Assembly: GCF_046119375.1 (NCBI RefSeq)
Contig: NW_027362769.1
Coordinates: 367,288,001 to 367,352,000, forward strand
Length of the DNA stretch: 64,000 nt
Source of the DNA: Phyllobates terribilis
Taxonomy: Eukaryota
Direction: 5' to 3'
How positions within the stretch are numbered: position 1 is the stretch's first letter; each line of letters starts with the position of its first letter. The notes beneath the pieces were generated by a model. It did no database searches. It was not told the DNA's origin and saw only the letters and a list, made by a program, of their open reading frames with translations. Position numbers and translations under genes: made by a program. Shown here one piece after another: positions 1 through 12,910 of this stretch.

Positions 1-1070
1 AGAGAGCGGGTAGGCCGGAGACAGAGCGAGGGCAGACTGGAGCCAGGGCGAAGGCAAGACGAAGCGAGGGCGAGAGCAGGCCGGGGCCAAGACGAAGGCA
101 GGCCAGACCAGAGCTAAATCAGGCCGGAGCCAAGTTGAGGGCAGGCCAGAGCCCCAGAGAGAGCAGGCCAGAGCGAGAGCAGGCCGGAGCCAAGGCGAGA
201 GCAGGCCGGAGCCAAGGCGATGGCAGGCCAGAGCCAGAGCGAGAGGAGGCCGGAGCCAGGGCGAAGGCAGGCAGATGCTATGGCTAGGGAAGGCCAGAGC
301 CAGAGAGAGAGCGGGCCGGAGCCAGGGTGAGGGGAGGCCAGAGCGAGAGCAGGCAGTAGCCAGGGCGAGGGCAGGTCGGAGCCAGACCGAGAGCATGCCG
401 GATCCAGGGCGAGGGCAGGCCAGAGCCAGAGCGAGAGCAGGCAGGAGCCAGGGCGAGCGCAGGTCGGAGCCAAGGCGAGGGAAGGCCAGAGCCAGAGGGA
501 GAGCAGGACGGGCCAGGGTGAGGACAGGCCGGAGCCAGAGCGAGAGTAGGCCAGAGCCAGGGCGAGAGCAAGCCGGAGCCAAGGCGAGGGCAGGCTAGAG
601 CCAGAGCGAGATCAGGCCGGAGCAAGGGCGAGGGCAGGCCAGAGCCAAGGCGAGGGCAGGCTAGAGCCAGACCGACGACAGGACATAGCCAGAGCGAGAG
701 CAGGCCGGAGCCAGGCCGAGAGAGGGCCGGAGCCAAGGCAAGGGCACACCGGAGCCAGAGCGAGAGCAGGCCGGAGCTAGAGCGAGAGCAGGCCGGAGCC
801 AGAGAAAGAGCAGGCCGGAGCCAGAGAAAGAGCAGGCCGGAGCCAAGGAGAGGGTAGGCCGGAGACAGGTCGAGGGCAGGCCGGAGACAGGTCGAGGGCA
901 GGCCAGAGCCAGAGCGAGAGCAGACCAGAGCAAGAGCGAGAGCAGGCCGGAGCCAGGGCAGGGGCAGGACGGAGCCAGAGCTAGAGCAGGCCGGAGCCAA
1001 GGCGAGGGCCGGCCGGAGGTAGAGCGAGAGCAGGCCGGAGCCAGGGCGAGGGCATGCCAGAGCGAGAGTA
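1..1070. repeat. Purine-rich degenerate tandem repeat (GCCAGAGCGAGAGCAGGCCGGA-type units); begins before the window
   Basis: Continuous shuffled gccagagc / gagagcag / gccggagcca / gggcgaggg motifs. The overlapping ORFs are low-complexity translations. Confidence 0.85.
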
Positions 1071-3327
1071 AAACCATATGCAGGCAAAGATAATAGGATG
1101 TACAGAAGTAACACCTACCCAATAGCTGGGAGTAGTATGGGAAAGACATTGAGTCCTCACTCGGCTTTGCCCCAGCGAAATTGTTTGTCATGTTTTGTTT
1201 TGTTCTTTCTCATATTGCAGTCACTGATGAAGGTCTGCTGTGGACTGATATTAAATTATATTTTCTGATGAACATAAGCCTTTGAGTGCCGAGGTTTTCT
1301 CTATACATGCCCTGTGATATCATCAGAAAGGTCACTGTTTTTTTTATGGATCCAATTTTCAACATTAACAAGAAATGAATTTAATAAAAAGACAAAACCC
1401 CCTACCTCGTTTTATAATTGTAAGACACACATTTAAAGAAACCCTTTTATTTTATCTATATTACCTACTGCTCTATGTACTAAAAGAAAACACAGGACTC
1501 TTTACTTCCATTCCTGACCGCATTAACCCATTTACAACCCAAGGTGGTTTGCACTTTAATGACCAGGCCAATTTTTACAATTCTGACCACTGTTACTTTA
1601 TGAGGTAATTACTCTGGAACGCTCAATGGTTCCCCCTGATTCTGAGATTGTTTTATCGTGACATATTGTACTTCATGATTGTGGTAAAATTTCTTCGATA
1701 TCACTTGCATTTATTTGTAAAAAAAATGGAAATTTGGCAAAAATTTTGAAAATTTTACAATTTTCAAAATTTTTATTTTTATGCCCTTAAATCAGAGAGA
1801 TATGTCACACAAAATAGTTAATAAATAACATTTCCCACATGTCTACTTTACATCAGCACAATTTTGGAACCAAATTTTTCTTTTTTATTAGGGAGCTATA
1901 AGGGTTAAAAGTTGACCAGCAATTTCTCATTTTTCCAACAAAATTTACAAAACCATTTTTTTAGGGACCACATCACATTTGATGTCACTTTGATGGGTCT
2001 TTATGACAGAAAATACCTAAAAGTGACACCATTCTAAAAACTGCACCCCTCAAGGTGCTCAAAACCACATTCAAGAACTTTATTAACACCTTCAGGTGCT
2101 TCACAGGAATTTTTGGAATGTGGAAGAAAAAAATTAATATTTAACTTTTTTCAAAAAATGTTACTTTAGGCACAATTTTTTTGATTTTCGCAGGGGTAAC
2201 AGGAAAAAATGGACCCCAAAATTTGTTGTGCAATTTTTCCTGAGCACGCAGATACACCATATGTGGGGAAAAAACACTGTTTGGGCGCACGGCAGGGTTC
2301 GGAAGGGAAGGAGCGCCATTTGACTTTTTGAATGTAAAATTTACTTGAACAATTAGCGGACGCTATGTTGCGTTTGGGGAGCCCCTGATGTGACTAAACA
2401 GTGGAAACCGTCACAAGTGACAACATCTTGGAAACTAGACCCCCTCAGGGAACTTATCTAGATGTGTGGTGAGCACCTTGAACCCCCTGGTGCTTCACAG
2501 AAGTTTATAACAGTGAGCAGTAAAAATAAAATTTTCACATTTTTCCCTCAAAAATGTTTTTCAGCCCCCAATTTTGCATTTTCATAAGGGTAACAGGAGG
2601 AATTGCACCATGCAGTTTTTTTTGCAATTTCTCCTGAGTAAGCAGATACCCCATATGTGGGGGAAAACCACTGTTTGGGCGCACGGCAGGGTTCGGAAAG
2701 GAAGGAGCGCCATTTGACTTTTTGAATGTAAAATTTGCTTGAATAATTAGCGGACGCCATGTTGCGTTTGGAGAGCCCCTGATGTGCCTAAACAGTGGAA
2801 ACCCCCCACAAGTGACACCATTTTGGAAACTAGACCCCTCAGGGAACTTATCTGGATGTGTGGTGAGCACCCTGAACTCCCAAGTGCTTTAAAGAAGTTT
2901 ATAACATGGAGCCGTGAAAATAAAATCAAACTATTTCCACAAAAATGATGTTTTAGCACCATTTTTTTTATTTTCACAAGGGTAAGTGGAGAAAATGGAC
3001 CCCAAAAACTTTTGTGCAATTTCTCCTGAGTACGCCAATACCCCATATGTGGGGAAAATACAGTGTTTGGGCGCACGGCAGAGTTCAGAAGGGAAGGAGC
3101 ACTGTGTGACTTTTTGAACGCAAAATTGGCTGGAATCGAGAGCGGACGCCATGTCGCGTTTGGAGAGCCCCTGATGTGACTAAATAGTGGAAAGCCCCCA
3201 CAAGTGACCCCATTATGGAAACTACACCCCTCAAGGATTTTATCAAGGGGTACAGCGAACATTTTGAACCCAGAGGTACGACACAGAATTTGATAACATT
3301 AGGTCATCATATTGAATAAGTTGTCAT

Positions 3328-3627
3328 TAGTCTTGAGCGCAAGTGCTCGCTACTTGAGTTTACATCGGGTACTCAGGTATGCACCATGTATCGAGGGTGC
3401 TCGAGTGACATGCTCGAGTCACCGCCCTCATGTTTCACGGCTATTAGACACCCAAAAAAAAACATGCGGGGATCGCTCATGCATGGCAGGCAATCCCCGC
3501 AAGGTATTTTTGGCCGCAAAGCATATGGGGCGGAGACTCGAGCATGTCACTCGAGCACCCGCGATACTCAGGGCATACCCGAGCACCCAATGCAAACTCA
3601 AGTAGCGAGCACTTGCGCTCAACACCA
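3328..3627. mobile_element. hAT-type MITE nested in piggyBac-type copy A
   Basis: Long TIRs (TAGTCTTGAGCGCAAGTGCTCGCTACTTGAGTTT / AAACTCAAGTAGCGAGCACTTGCGCTCAACACCA). Degenerate 8-bp TSD gttgtcat/gtcgccat. Confidence 0.7.
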
Positions 3628-3670
3628 GTCGCCATATCGTCTTCTTTTTTTTTTTACTTTTGAAAAAAAT

Positions 3671-3871
3671 CCCAACCCTAACCCTACCCTAGCCCAACCC
3701 TAACTCCAACCCTAACCCCAACCCCAACCCATACCCTAGCCCAACCCTAACCCTAACCCCAACCCTAACCATAGCCCAACCCTAACCCCAACCCTAAGCC
3801 TAACCCTAGCCCAACCCCAAACCTAGCCCATCCCTAACCCTAACCCTACCACAACCCTAACCCTAACCCTA
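3671..3871 (-). repeat. Interstitial telomere-like repeat, degenerate (CCCTAA)n
   Basis: ccctaa/ccccaa/ccctag hexamers, ending in perfect ccctaaccctaaccctaa. Confidence 0.85.
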
Positions 3872-5851
3872 AAGTTTATATTTTACGCCGTTCCTCGTGC
3901 GGTATAAGTGATTAGACGACTTTATTCTTCGGGTCAGTGCGATTACAGCGATGCCAGAATCATATCGGGATTTTATGATTGACAGCTGTCACACACTAAA
4001 AGACGCATTTTTTTGTAAAATCTAGTTTTTGCATCGCCATATTTTGAGAGCTATAACTTTTCCATATATTGGCCGACAGAGTCACGTGACATCTTGTTTT
4101 TTGCGGGATGAGTTGACATTTTTATTGGTGCCATTTTCAGGCACGTGACATTTTTTGATCGCTCTCTATTCCGATTTTTGGCAGGCAGAATAAACAAAAA
4201 CCAACAATTCAGGAATTGTTTTTTTTGTTTTTTTTTTATGCTGTTCCGTGTGTGGTAAAATTGATAAGGTAGCTTTATTCTTCGGGTCAGTACGTTTACA
4301 GTGGTACCACATTTACATTGTTTGTCTATGTTTTGGCGCTTTTACACAATAAAAGCTATTTTAAAGAAAAAATAATTTTTTTGCATAGCTTTATTCTGAG
4401 AGCTATAACTTTTTTCTTTTTCGGCTGATGGAGCTGTATGGCAGCTTGTTTTTTGCGGGACAAGATGACTTTTTCAGTGGTATCATTATTATTTATATTC
4501 GTCTTTTCGATTGCGTGTTATTCTATTTTTTGTTTGGCAGTATGATGATAAAGCATTGTTTTTTGCTTCATTTTTTATTTATTTTTTTTACCATGTTCAC
4601 TGAAGGGGCTAACTAGTGGGACAGTTTTATAGGTCAGGTCATTCCGGACGCGGCAATACCAAATATGTGTACTTTTATTGTTTTTTTTTGCATAATAATA
4701 TTTATTGATGGGTACATTATACTTTTATTTTTGATGGATTATTTTTTTATTTTTTTTTCTTCACTTTCTGACACTTTTTTTACTTTTATTCTTTGTCCCA
4801 CTATGGGACTTTCACTTTTTTTATTCTGATCGCCTGTATAGCATAGGGATGGAGCACCAGCCCTGTGCTATTCAGGCTGTCAGCGCTGCAAATGCAGAAG
4901 GTACTTTGGTCATGCACTGTGCATGCCAAAATATCTTCCTGCTGTCTGGTAACCCAGATGTTGTCATGACGACATCGGGTCGTCATGGCAACATCCGGGA
5001 AGCCGCGGCAGACATCGCTGGACGCCGGCAGGAGAGGTGAGTATCCCGATCACCTCCCCTTGCCCTAGCAATGCTACGATCGATTCAGCTGCGACAATCG
5101 GCTGACACCCGGCGGCGATCGCGCCCGCACAGCCTGTGTGTGGGCGCGATCGCAAAGACGTACTAATACGTATCAGGCTCTTAAGTCCCAGGGCGCAGAT
5201 ACATATTAGTACGTCTTGAGCTTTAAAGGGGTTAAACTACAACTCCAATGTCAGCCCCTAATTCAATAGGAACCAAAGATCTGAGTACAGAGAATGATAA
5301 TAAAATAATTTGTCCACATAAATGGCAAAACTACCCAAAAATGGAGCCCCATAAAGATGTCCCAACTTGACCTCCCCCACCCACCTAATATCAACTGATC
5401 ATCAGCAATTTCTCATTTAGACAAGGGGTTGTCCTGAAAATGTCTTATTACAGAGTGTTCCCGGCAATCCATGATAAATCCGGTGGATAAACTATAAGTA
5501 TACCAAAGCCTAAAAGTAAAGAGCTACTTACCTGGACTCATCCTCTTCCAGCTGTCCGGTTATAGTGACACAAGATGGCAGCAGTGTAGAACATTATACA
5601 TTCTATTCCAATTGTGATGTCTATGATGTCATGTGCCTTGTGATGTCATCATAGCTATCACTGTCATTTCAAATTTACAACCGCAAGAAAAAGTTGATTT
5701 CATTGTTTAAGAAAAAACATGGTGGGTAATTGCAGCCTGTGATTATTTTACATATTGTTATTAATATTTGTCATGTCCTTCACTGCCGCCTCCTGCACAG
5801 CTTTTTATATACTGTTTATTTTAATAATGGACAATTCACAAGCCCTGCATG

Positions 5852-7119
5852 TGACGCGCCCCCTGGGCCATGCTGCGCCGCGCCGCGCATGCGGGGACAC
5901 CCGGAGCCGGATCCAACTGGGGTTGTAGTCTCCGAGTGGCTGGGACCCGGTCCGTGCCCAGGGTGGTCAAACCGACAGCAATCTATTTGTAATGTTGTTA
6001 TAGAGTTCGACTACGCCACCCGTTGATTTGCGGTCACAAGGCCGCCGCTGCAAAACAGTCCGCTGAGGCCGGTGGTATATATGTGCAGCTATGGTGGTAT
6101 AACCCCCAACGAGAGAGGTATAGCCTCAGGGCAGCTGGTACGGGAGAAGGGAGTGATAGTGAGAGCGTCCCGGTACCTATGGTGCTGGTGGTGCGATGGA
6201 ACACAGAGACTGATTGCAGCTTTCAATGCTTTACTCACAGTTGTTATTAACGTCAGTCCTGCAGGTGATGACGACCCGAGCCGTGCTGCGTCCACCAGGT
6301 GCGGGACTCGGCCAACTCCCAGGCAGTTCCAGAGCGTGGTCCTGAGCTCCCCTCTCCTCCTTCCTACTGGCCGTCCCCACCAGGGATCCACCTCTGTCCG
6401 GCTCCCTCGGGCCTTCTGGTGGTAAAACCTTTCCCGGCTTCCCTGACCCTATACGTGGTTTGCCTTCCTGGTGGATATGGCGAGGGGTCGCGCCAAAACT
6501 TGTCCACGACCTCCGGTTCCTGGCAGAGGATATTTGGCCTCCACCAGTTTGGGATCCGGTACCCTGTTCTGCCAACCCTTCACCCGTTAGCTCGTGGGAT
6601 CTCAGGGTTCCCTCTTCTCCTGCGTCTCTGGGCCTCTCCTGGCGCTTCTGTTCTTTCTCCTTCCGCTGTCTCTCTGCTTCAGGCCTCCACTCCAGGCCTG
6701 ACTCTGGAGCTGGGCCCGGACTGAGCCACAGCTCCCTGTCAACCCTCTCTGGCTGAGCTCCTCTCTTAACAGACCCCTGATCCAAGATGGTGCCCCCCCT
6801 TATATACTCCCTTCTGACACCCGAGCCCAGGTGACTAGCACCCAATGGGCTCCTACCTATGCCCAGAGTCCCTCCCCTCTCTGCTCCTACACCACTGGGA
6901 TGTTCCTCCCCCCCCACTCCAGCCGGGGACAGAAGCTGTCGTACCTGCACATCTATCTGGTGGGAGTACCGTTGGTCTGTCCCCCGGAAATGGGGTGAGT
7001 GTAGTGCATGCAGCTAACTGAGCTCAGTTCCACACTCCATCCTTACCCGGGAGTGGAATACCACACCTCTGGTTCGAGGTGCAATACCCCTGTAGCAGCC
7101 GAGTCCTCGGGGTGCTACA
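5852..7119 (-). mobile_element. Solo LTR A (LTR-retrotransposon, probably Ty3/Gypsy-type)
   Basis: TG...CA termini. 4-bp TSD CATG (5848-5851, 7120-7123). Sense-strand TATA (gagtatataagg) followed by CCATCTT. Clear similarity to the LTR at 58736-59954, which abuts a PBS. Confidence 0.85.
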
Positions 7120-7222
7120 CATGTACTGTAGAATATATAGTTAATGGCCTCTGTTGAATGACTAGATGCCTATTAGAGCAATAAGATATACTCTAAGTCT
7201 ACAATCTTTTGGCTGAGTCTAA

Positions 7223-8500
7223 GGGCTCATACTCATCTGCGTTTAAATCACACGAGTGCAATCTGATAAAAAAAATAATTGGATTGCTCTCTGACTCTTG
7301 TTATTGAATGATTATGTGTTTCTGTGATTTTTTTTTTTCCCAGCTCGGATCGAACTGAGAAAAAAAAATCACAGCATGCTGCAAGTGGCTGCATATATCA
7401 GACGAGACTCGCCAATGCAAGTCAATGTGTGCGAGAAAAAAAACGCACAGCAAACGGACCATGCTTATGCCATCCACATAATACGCATCTATGTAACACC
7501 TTTCAGTGACTGTGGCGGCATCTCAGCACACAAATCCTGTATCTCAGATCTTTGTCTGGCCTTCTCTTCTGTGTTTTGGCCATCATGCCGACAAGACAAA
7601 GGTGATTGGGGTAGGAGACATGCTGGTGAGGGGGTTGTTGGCTGCCGTGATGCTGGTAATGGAGGTGGCTGCCAAGATGCTGGCACTGGAGGTGGCTGCC
7701 GTGATGGTGCCACTGTAGTTGGTGGTGGCTGCTGTGATGCTGTGACTGGAGGAGGTGGTGATGACTGGTGTGATGCTGGTACTGGAGGTGGTGGTGGTGA
7801 CTGCCGTGATGCTGGCACTGGAGGTGGTGGCTGCCGTAATGGTGGGTCTGCTGAGTGCCCTTCTTGAGGGGTCTAAAGACCGGGTTTTGTTGTCCTCAGA
7901 AAGTTGCCACTTTTCAAAGAATTAAAAGACGGCCATCGGTGAATTTGGTGGCGCAGCGGCAGACAAAACAATTTGGAGGGCAGCCCTGGTGTGCAGACTC
8001 AATAAAAAGGGAACGTGCCTGAAATAACGGGCCAGGCTTAGACAAAAACTCTCATCATCATCACTCACAGGTATTCCCATGTCACGTACGCCAGTGATGG
8101 TGGGGCGGTAGCGATGAGGGGAGGTGTCGAGGGGCTGTGGTGTACTGGTGCTCTCCGCAGGCACTTCTTCTTTCTGGCCCCCAGCTCCAGCCTCCATTTC
8201 AGATTCCTCTCTGGCCTCCAGCACCTCCAAGCTACAGGTATTTCCCTTTTTGGTCCAGTCAGATCTGTAAGGTCAGGGATGACAGAGAAAAAAGCATTTT
8301 TAATATGCAAAATAATAATCAAACCATTACAACAAATAAAACTGAAAAAGATAGCCACTTACGGGTGAAAATCTAGGACTAGGGTCAAAAACTGGAGCCG
8401 GTCATAATATAGGTATGGCCTTTCTTTTTAAGAGCCACATCACTACTGTTCCTACCCTGTTGTCGCTCGCGGCGGCACTGGTCCCGGTAACTGCTCCATA
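7223..8500 (-). mobile_element. Truncated PIF/Harbinger-like element with relic MADF(Myb/SANT)-BESS gene
   Basis: Terminus TAA|GGGCTCATACTCA at 7220-7235. Minus strand reads RRERQQGRNSSDVALKK/RPYLYYDRLQFL (MADF C-terminal-like, one frameshift), a GT-AG intron at 8265-8362, then ...DDDESFCLSLARYFRHVP...RAALQIVL (BESS-like). Confidence 0.6.
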
Positions 8501-8689
8501 ATCTTGTCACTACACCCACTGGAAAGATAAGTGGAAGAGATTATATACAATTTTTATAGGTAAAGGATGCTGTATGTAATAACATGTATAGTGTGTATTC
8601 TAATATCACTGCTAGCAGGGGCTGGCTGGCAAATTTTAGCCTGGGGGCAAGAACACAGCAGTGGTCCATGAGTAGTGGCCCATCCTTAA

Positions 8690-9504
8690 TGGTCGTTTTC
8701 CCACAAACAATAGTATATTTTAATCAATAGATCTTGGAGTTATAATAATTTCCACAATTGGATGTGATATAATAATGTTCCTGTGCGGAGATAATCTTAT
8801 AAATGTGCCCCTGCTGTGTACTGTGTAATGGCTGTGTCTGACTGTGCAGGAACATGTTCTGATCATACCACATCTCCTGGGCAGGGGGGGAGAAAAAGCG
8901 GAAACAGGCAGGATAGCAGGGGATCACAGAGGATTCTTTTTGTGAGTAAAACATTTCACTGCCTGTTTTTAAACAATATTTTAGCTCAAAGAAAGACTCA
9001 GCTGTGATCCCCTGCTGTAATGTATATATACTCTCTTTATATATAGAAGATTAGTGTGCACACAGTCTGTAGGTCAAGGTGCAGGTACACGGGATGTGGA
9101 ATCCCCTGAATTGGCGTAGATTAAATCACCTCACCGCACATTCTAGTTTCAAGATGCAAACTAAAGTCTATTTGAAGACATGCAATTAGACACATTTAAG
9201 GTGCAGGGAATAATGCAACAGTAAATGAACGTTTTGACCCATCGTTTGCATCTTGAGACTAGAGTGTGCAGTGATTTAATCTATGCTATATACTCTTTTG
9301 CTTCCTCTCCTGCCCAGTAGCTGTGGTATGATCAGACCATGTTCCTGCCCAGTCAGACACAGCCATTACACAGTACACAGCAGGGGCACATTAATAACAT
9401 TATCTCAGTACAGGGACATTTTATTTAAACACATCCAATTGTGGAAGTTATTATTATTCCAAGATCTATTGATTAAAATATACTTTTGTTCGCAGAAAAC
9501 CCCT
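8690..9504. mobile_element. Kolobok/T2-type MITE with ~200-bp TIRs
   Basis: TTAA at 8686-8689 and 9505-9508. Right end reads AGGGGTTTTC on the minus strand. 8700-8890 is the inverted match of 9300-9500. Additional inner inverted repeat at ~9120-9280. Confidence 0.7.
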
Positions 9505-10985
9505 TTAACCCCTTAATAACATTTGACGTACTAATACGCGTCTGTGCCCTGGGACTTAAGAGCCAGACCCGTATTAGTACGTCATGGCGATCGTGCGCGC
9601 ACACAGGCTGTGCGGGCGCGATCGCCGCCGGGTGTCAGCTGATTGTCACAGCTGACACCCGGTACTATGTGCAGGGAGCGGTCCTGCACCGCTCCCAGCA
9701 CATTAACCCCCGCTATGCTGCGATCGAAGTCGATCGAAATCGATCGCGGCATTGGGGGGCAAGGGGAGGTGATCGGCGATACTCACCTCCTCTTCCGGCT
9801 TCCAGCGCAGACTGCAGCGGCTTCCCGGGTGTTGCCATGACGACCCGATGTCGTCATGACAACATCCGGGTCACCAGAGAGCAGGAAGATTGCTTGGACA
9901 TGCGCAGTGCATCTCCAAGCAATCTTAACACTGTGCACTTCTGACAGCCTGCATGGCATAGGGATGGTGCTCCATTCCTATGCCATGCAGGCGATCAGAA
10001 AAAAAAAAAGTGAAAGTCCCAGAGTGGGACAAAGTAATAAGGTGTACAAACTGTCTGAAAGTGGGAAAAAAAAAAAAAAATGTGCAAAAATATTATAAAA
10101 AAATAAAAAAAATAATACACCAAAAATAAAAATATAATGTACCCATCAATAAATATTATTATAAAAAAAATTTAAAAAAAACAATAAAAGTACACATATT
10201 TGGTATCGCCGCGTCCGGAACAGCCTGACCTATAAAACTGTCCCACTAGTTAACCCCTTCAGTGAACACGGTAAAAAAAAAAAAAAAGCAGCAAAAAACA
10301 ATGCTTTATCACCATACCGCCAAACAAAAAGTGGAATAACACGCGATCAAAAAGACGCATATAAATAAAAATGATACCGCTGAAAACGTCATCTCGTCCC
10401 ACAAAAAACAAGCCGCCATACAGTTCCATCAGCCGAAAAATAAAAAAGTTTCAGCTCTCAGAATAAAGCGATGCTAAAAAATATTTTTTTCTATAAAATA
10501 GCTTTTATTGTGTATAAGCGCCAAAACATAGAAAAATTATACAAATGTGGTACCGCTGTAAACGTACTGACCCGAAGAATAAAGCTACCTCATCAATTTT
10601 ACCACACGCGGAACAGAATAAAAAAAAAAAAAAAAAAAACAATTCCTGAATTGTTGGTTTTTGTTTATTCTGCCTCCCAAAAATCGGAATAGAAAGCGAT
10701 CAAAAAATGTCACGTGCCTGAAAATGGCACCAATAACAACGTCAAGTCATCCCGCAAAAAACGAGCCGTCACATGACTGTCTGCCAAAATCTGGAAAAAT
10801 TATAGCTCTCAAAATATGGCGATGCAAAAACTAGATTTTACAAAAAATGCGTCTTTTAGTGTGTGACAGCTGTCAGTCATAAAAACCCCATATGATTCTG
10901 GCATTGCTGTAATCACACCGACCCGAAGAATAAAGTCATCTAATCACTTATACCGCACAAGGAACGGCGTCAAAAATAAACTCTT

Positions 10986-11226
10986 GGGTTAGGATTGGGC
11001 TAGGGTTAGGGCTGGGTTTGGGGCTAGGGTTGTGCTGGGGCTAGGGTTGTGCTGGGGCTAGGGTTATGCTGGGGCTAGGGTTGTGCTGGGGCTAGGGTTG
11101 TGCTGGGGCTAGGGTTGTGCTGGGGCTAGGGTTGTGCTGGGGCTAGGGTTGTGCTGGGGCTAGGGTTGTGCTGGGGCTAGGGTTGTGCTAGGGCTAGGGT
11201 TGTGCTAGGGCTAGGGCTGGGGTTGG
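10986..11226 (+). repeat. Telomere-like G-rich array homogenised to a 17-bp unit (CTAGGGTTGTGCTGGGG, ~11 copies)
   Basis: Starts gggttaggattgggctagggttaggg. Exact 17-bp period from ~11024 to ~11205. Confidence 0.85.
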
Positions 11227-11269
11227 GATTTTTTTCAAAAGTAAGAAAAAAAGATGACGATATGGTGAC

Positions 11270-11569
11270 TAGTGTTGAGAGCAAGTGTTCGCTACTTGAG
11301 TTTGCATCGGGTGCTCTGGTATGCATTGAGTATCGTGGGTATTTGAGTGACATGCTCGAGTCTCTGCCCCATATGCTTCGCGGCCAAAAAACTTTACGGG
11401 GATTGCCTGCCATGCACGAGCGATCCCCGCATGTTTTTTTTTGGGTGCCTAATAACCGTGAAACATGCGGAGCAGGGACTCGAGCATGTCACTCAAGCAC
11501 ACGCTGTACATGGTGCATACCTGAGTACCCGATGCAAACTCAAGTAGCGAGCACTTGCGCTCAAGAATA
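11270..11569. mobile_element. hAT-type MITE nested in piggyBac-type copy B (same insertion as 3328-3627)
   Basis: TAGTGTTGAG...CGCTCAAGAATA TIRs. Flanks atggtgac/atgacaac correspond to the reverse complements of the copy A flanks. Confidence 0.7.
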
Positions 11570-11659
11570 ATGACAACTTATTCAATATGATGACCTAATG
11601 TAAACAAATTCTGTGCCGTACCTCTGGGTTCAAAATGTTCACTATACACCTTAATAAAA

Positions 11660-12910
11660 TCCTTGAGGGGTATAGTTTCCAAAATGGGGACACTTGTGGG
11701 GGAGCTCCACTGTTTAGGCACATCACGGGCTCTCCAAACGCGACATGGTGTCCGCTAACAAATTGAATGGAAAATCGGCTCAAATTGTTAGCGGACGCCA
11801 TGTTGCGTTTGGAGAGCGCCTGTGTGCCCAAACATTGGAGCTCCCCCACAAGTGACCCCATTTTGGAAACTAGACCCCCCAAGGCACCTTTCTAGATGCA
11901 TAGTGAGCACTTGGAACCCCCAGGTGCTTCACAAATTGATTCGTAAAAATGAAAAAGTGAAAAAAAAAACACTTTTTCATTTTTACGAATCAATTTGTGA
12001 AGCACCTAGGGGTTCCAAGTGCTCACTATGCATCTAGATAGGTGCCTTGGGGGGTCTAGTTTCCAAAATGGGGTCACTTGTGGGGGAGCTCCAAAGTTTG
12101 GGCACAGAGGGGCTCTCCAAACGCAATGTGGTGTCCGCTAACAATTTGAGCCGATTTTCCATTCAATTTGTTAGCGGATACCATGTTGCATTTAGAGAGT
12201 CCCTGTGTGCCCAAACATTGGAGCTCCCCCACAAGTGACCCCATTTTGGAAACTAGACCCCCCAAGGCACCTATCTAGATGCATAGTGAGAACTTGGAAC
12301 CCCTAGGTGCTTCACAAATTGATTTGTAAAAATGAAAAAGTGTTTTTTTTTTCACTTTTTCATTTTTACGAATCAATTTGTGAAGCACCTGGGGGTTCCA
12401 AGTGCTCACTATGTATCTAGAAATGTGCCTTGGGGGGTCTAGTTTCCAAAATGGGGTCACTTGTGGGGGAGCTCCAAAGTTTGGGCACAGAGGGGCTCTC
12501 CAAACGCAATGTGGTGTCCGCTAACAATTTGAGCCGATTTTCCATTCAATTTGTTAGCGGATACCATGTTGCATTTAGAGAGTCCCTGTGTGCCCAAACA
12601 TTGGAGCTCCCCCACAAGTGACCCCATATTGGAAACTAGACCCCCCAAGGCACCTATCTAGATGCATAGTGAGCACTTGGAACCCCTAGGTGCTTCACAA
12701 ATTGATTCGTAAAAATGAAAAAGTGTTTTTTTTTTCACTTTTTCATTTTTACGAATCAATTTGTGAAGCACCTGGGGGTTCCAAGTGCTCACTATGCATC
12801 TAGAAAGGTGCCTTGGGGGGTCTAGTTTCCAAAATGGGGTCACTTGTGGGGGAGCTCCAAAGTTTGGGCACACAGGGGCTCTCCAAACAGAACATGGTGT
12901 CCGCTAATTA
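11660..12910. repeat. Array of six consecutive long palindromes (alternating inverted units, 383-bp period)
   Basis: Symmetry centres near 11773, 11964, 12157, 12346, 12540 and 12729. The ORF track repeats at 12047/12430/12813. Confidence 0.85.

Larger units (their letters stand above)
1527..5231 (+). mobile_element. Non-autonomous piggyBac-type DNA transposon, copy A (~3.7 kb)
   Basis: TTAA at 1523-1526 and 5232-5235. Termini CCCATTTA...TAAAGGGG. No transposase ORF. Internal ~400-bp direct subrepeats. Colinear in reverse with 9509-13732. Confidence 0.75.

Noticed and set aside
114-1191. Leu/Pro/Ala-rich and Arg/Gly-rich ORFs
   Set aside because: Low-complexity repeat read in multiple frames.
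1222-1275. CTGATGA-stem-GATA resembling a hammerhead ribozyme or C/D snoRNA
   Set aside because: The GAAA core is altered, no complementary stem I/III was found, and the C-to-D distance is too short.
3671-3871. Chromosome end or fusion scar
   Set aside because: The tract is embedded at the same position in two copies of a transposon, with no head-to-head TTAGGG/CCCTAA junction.
6072-6950. ORFs within LTRs (also at 21952-22924, 52231-53197 and 58878-59930)
   Set aside because: GC-rich LTR sequence with overlapping ORFs on both strands and no recognisable domain.
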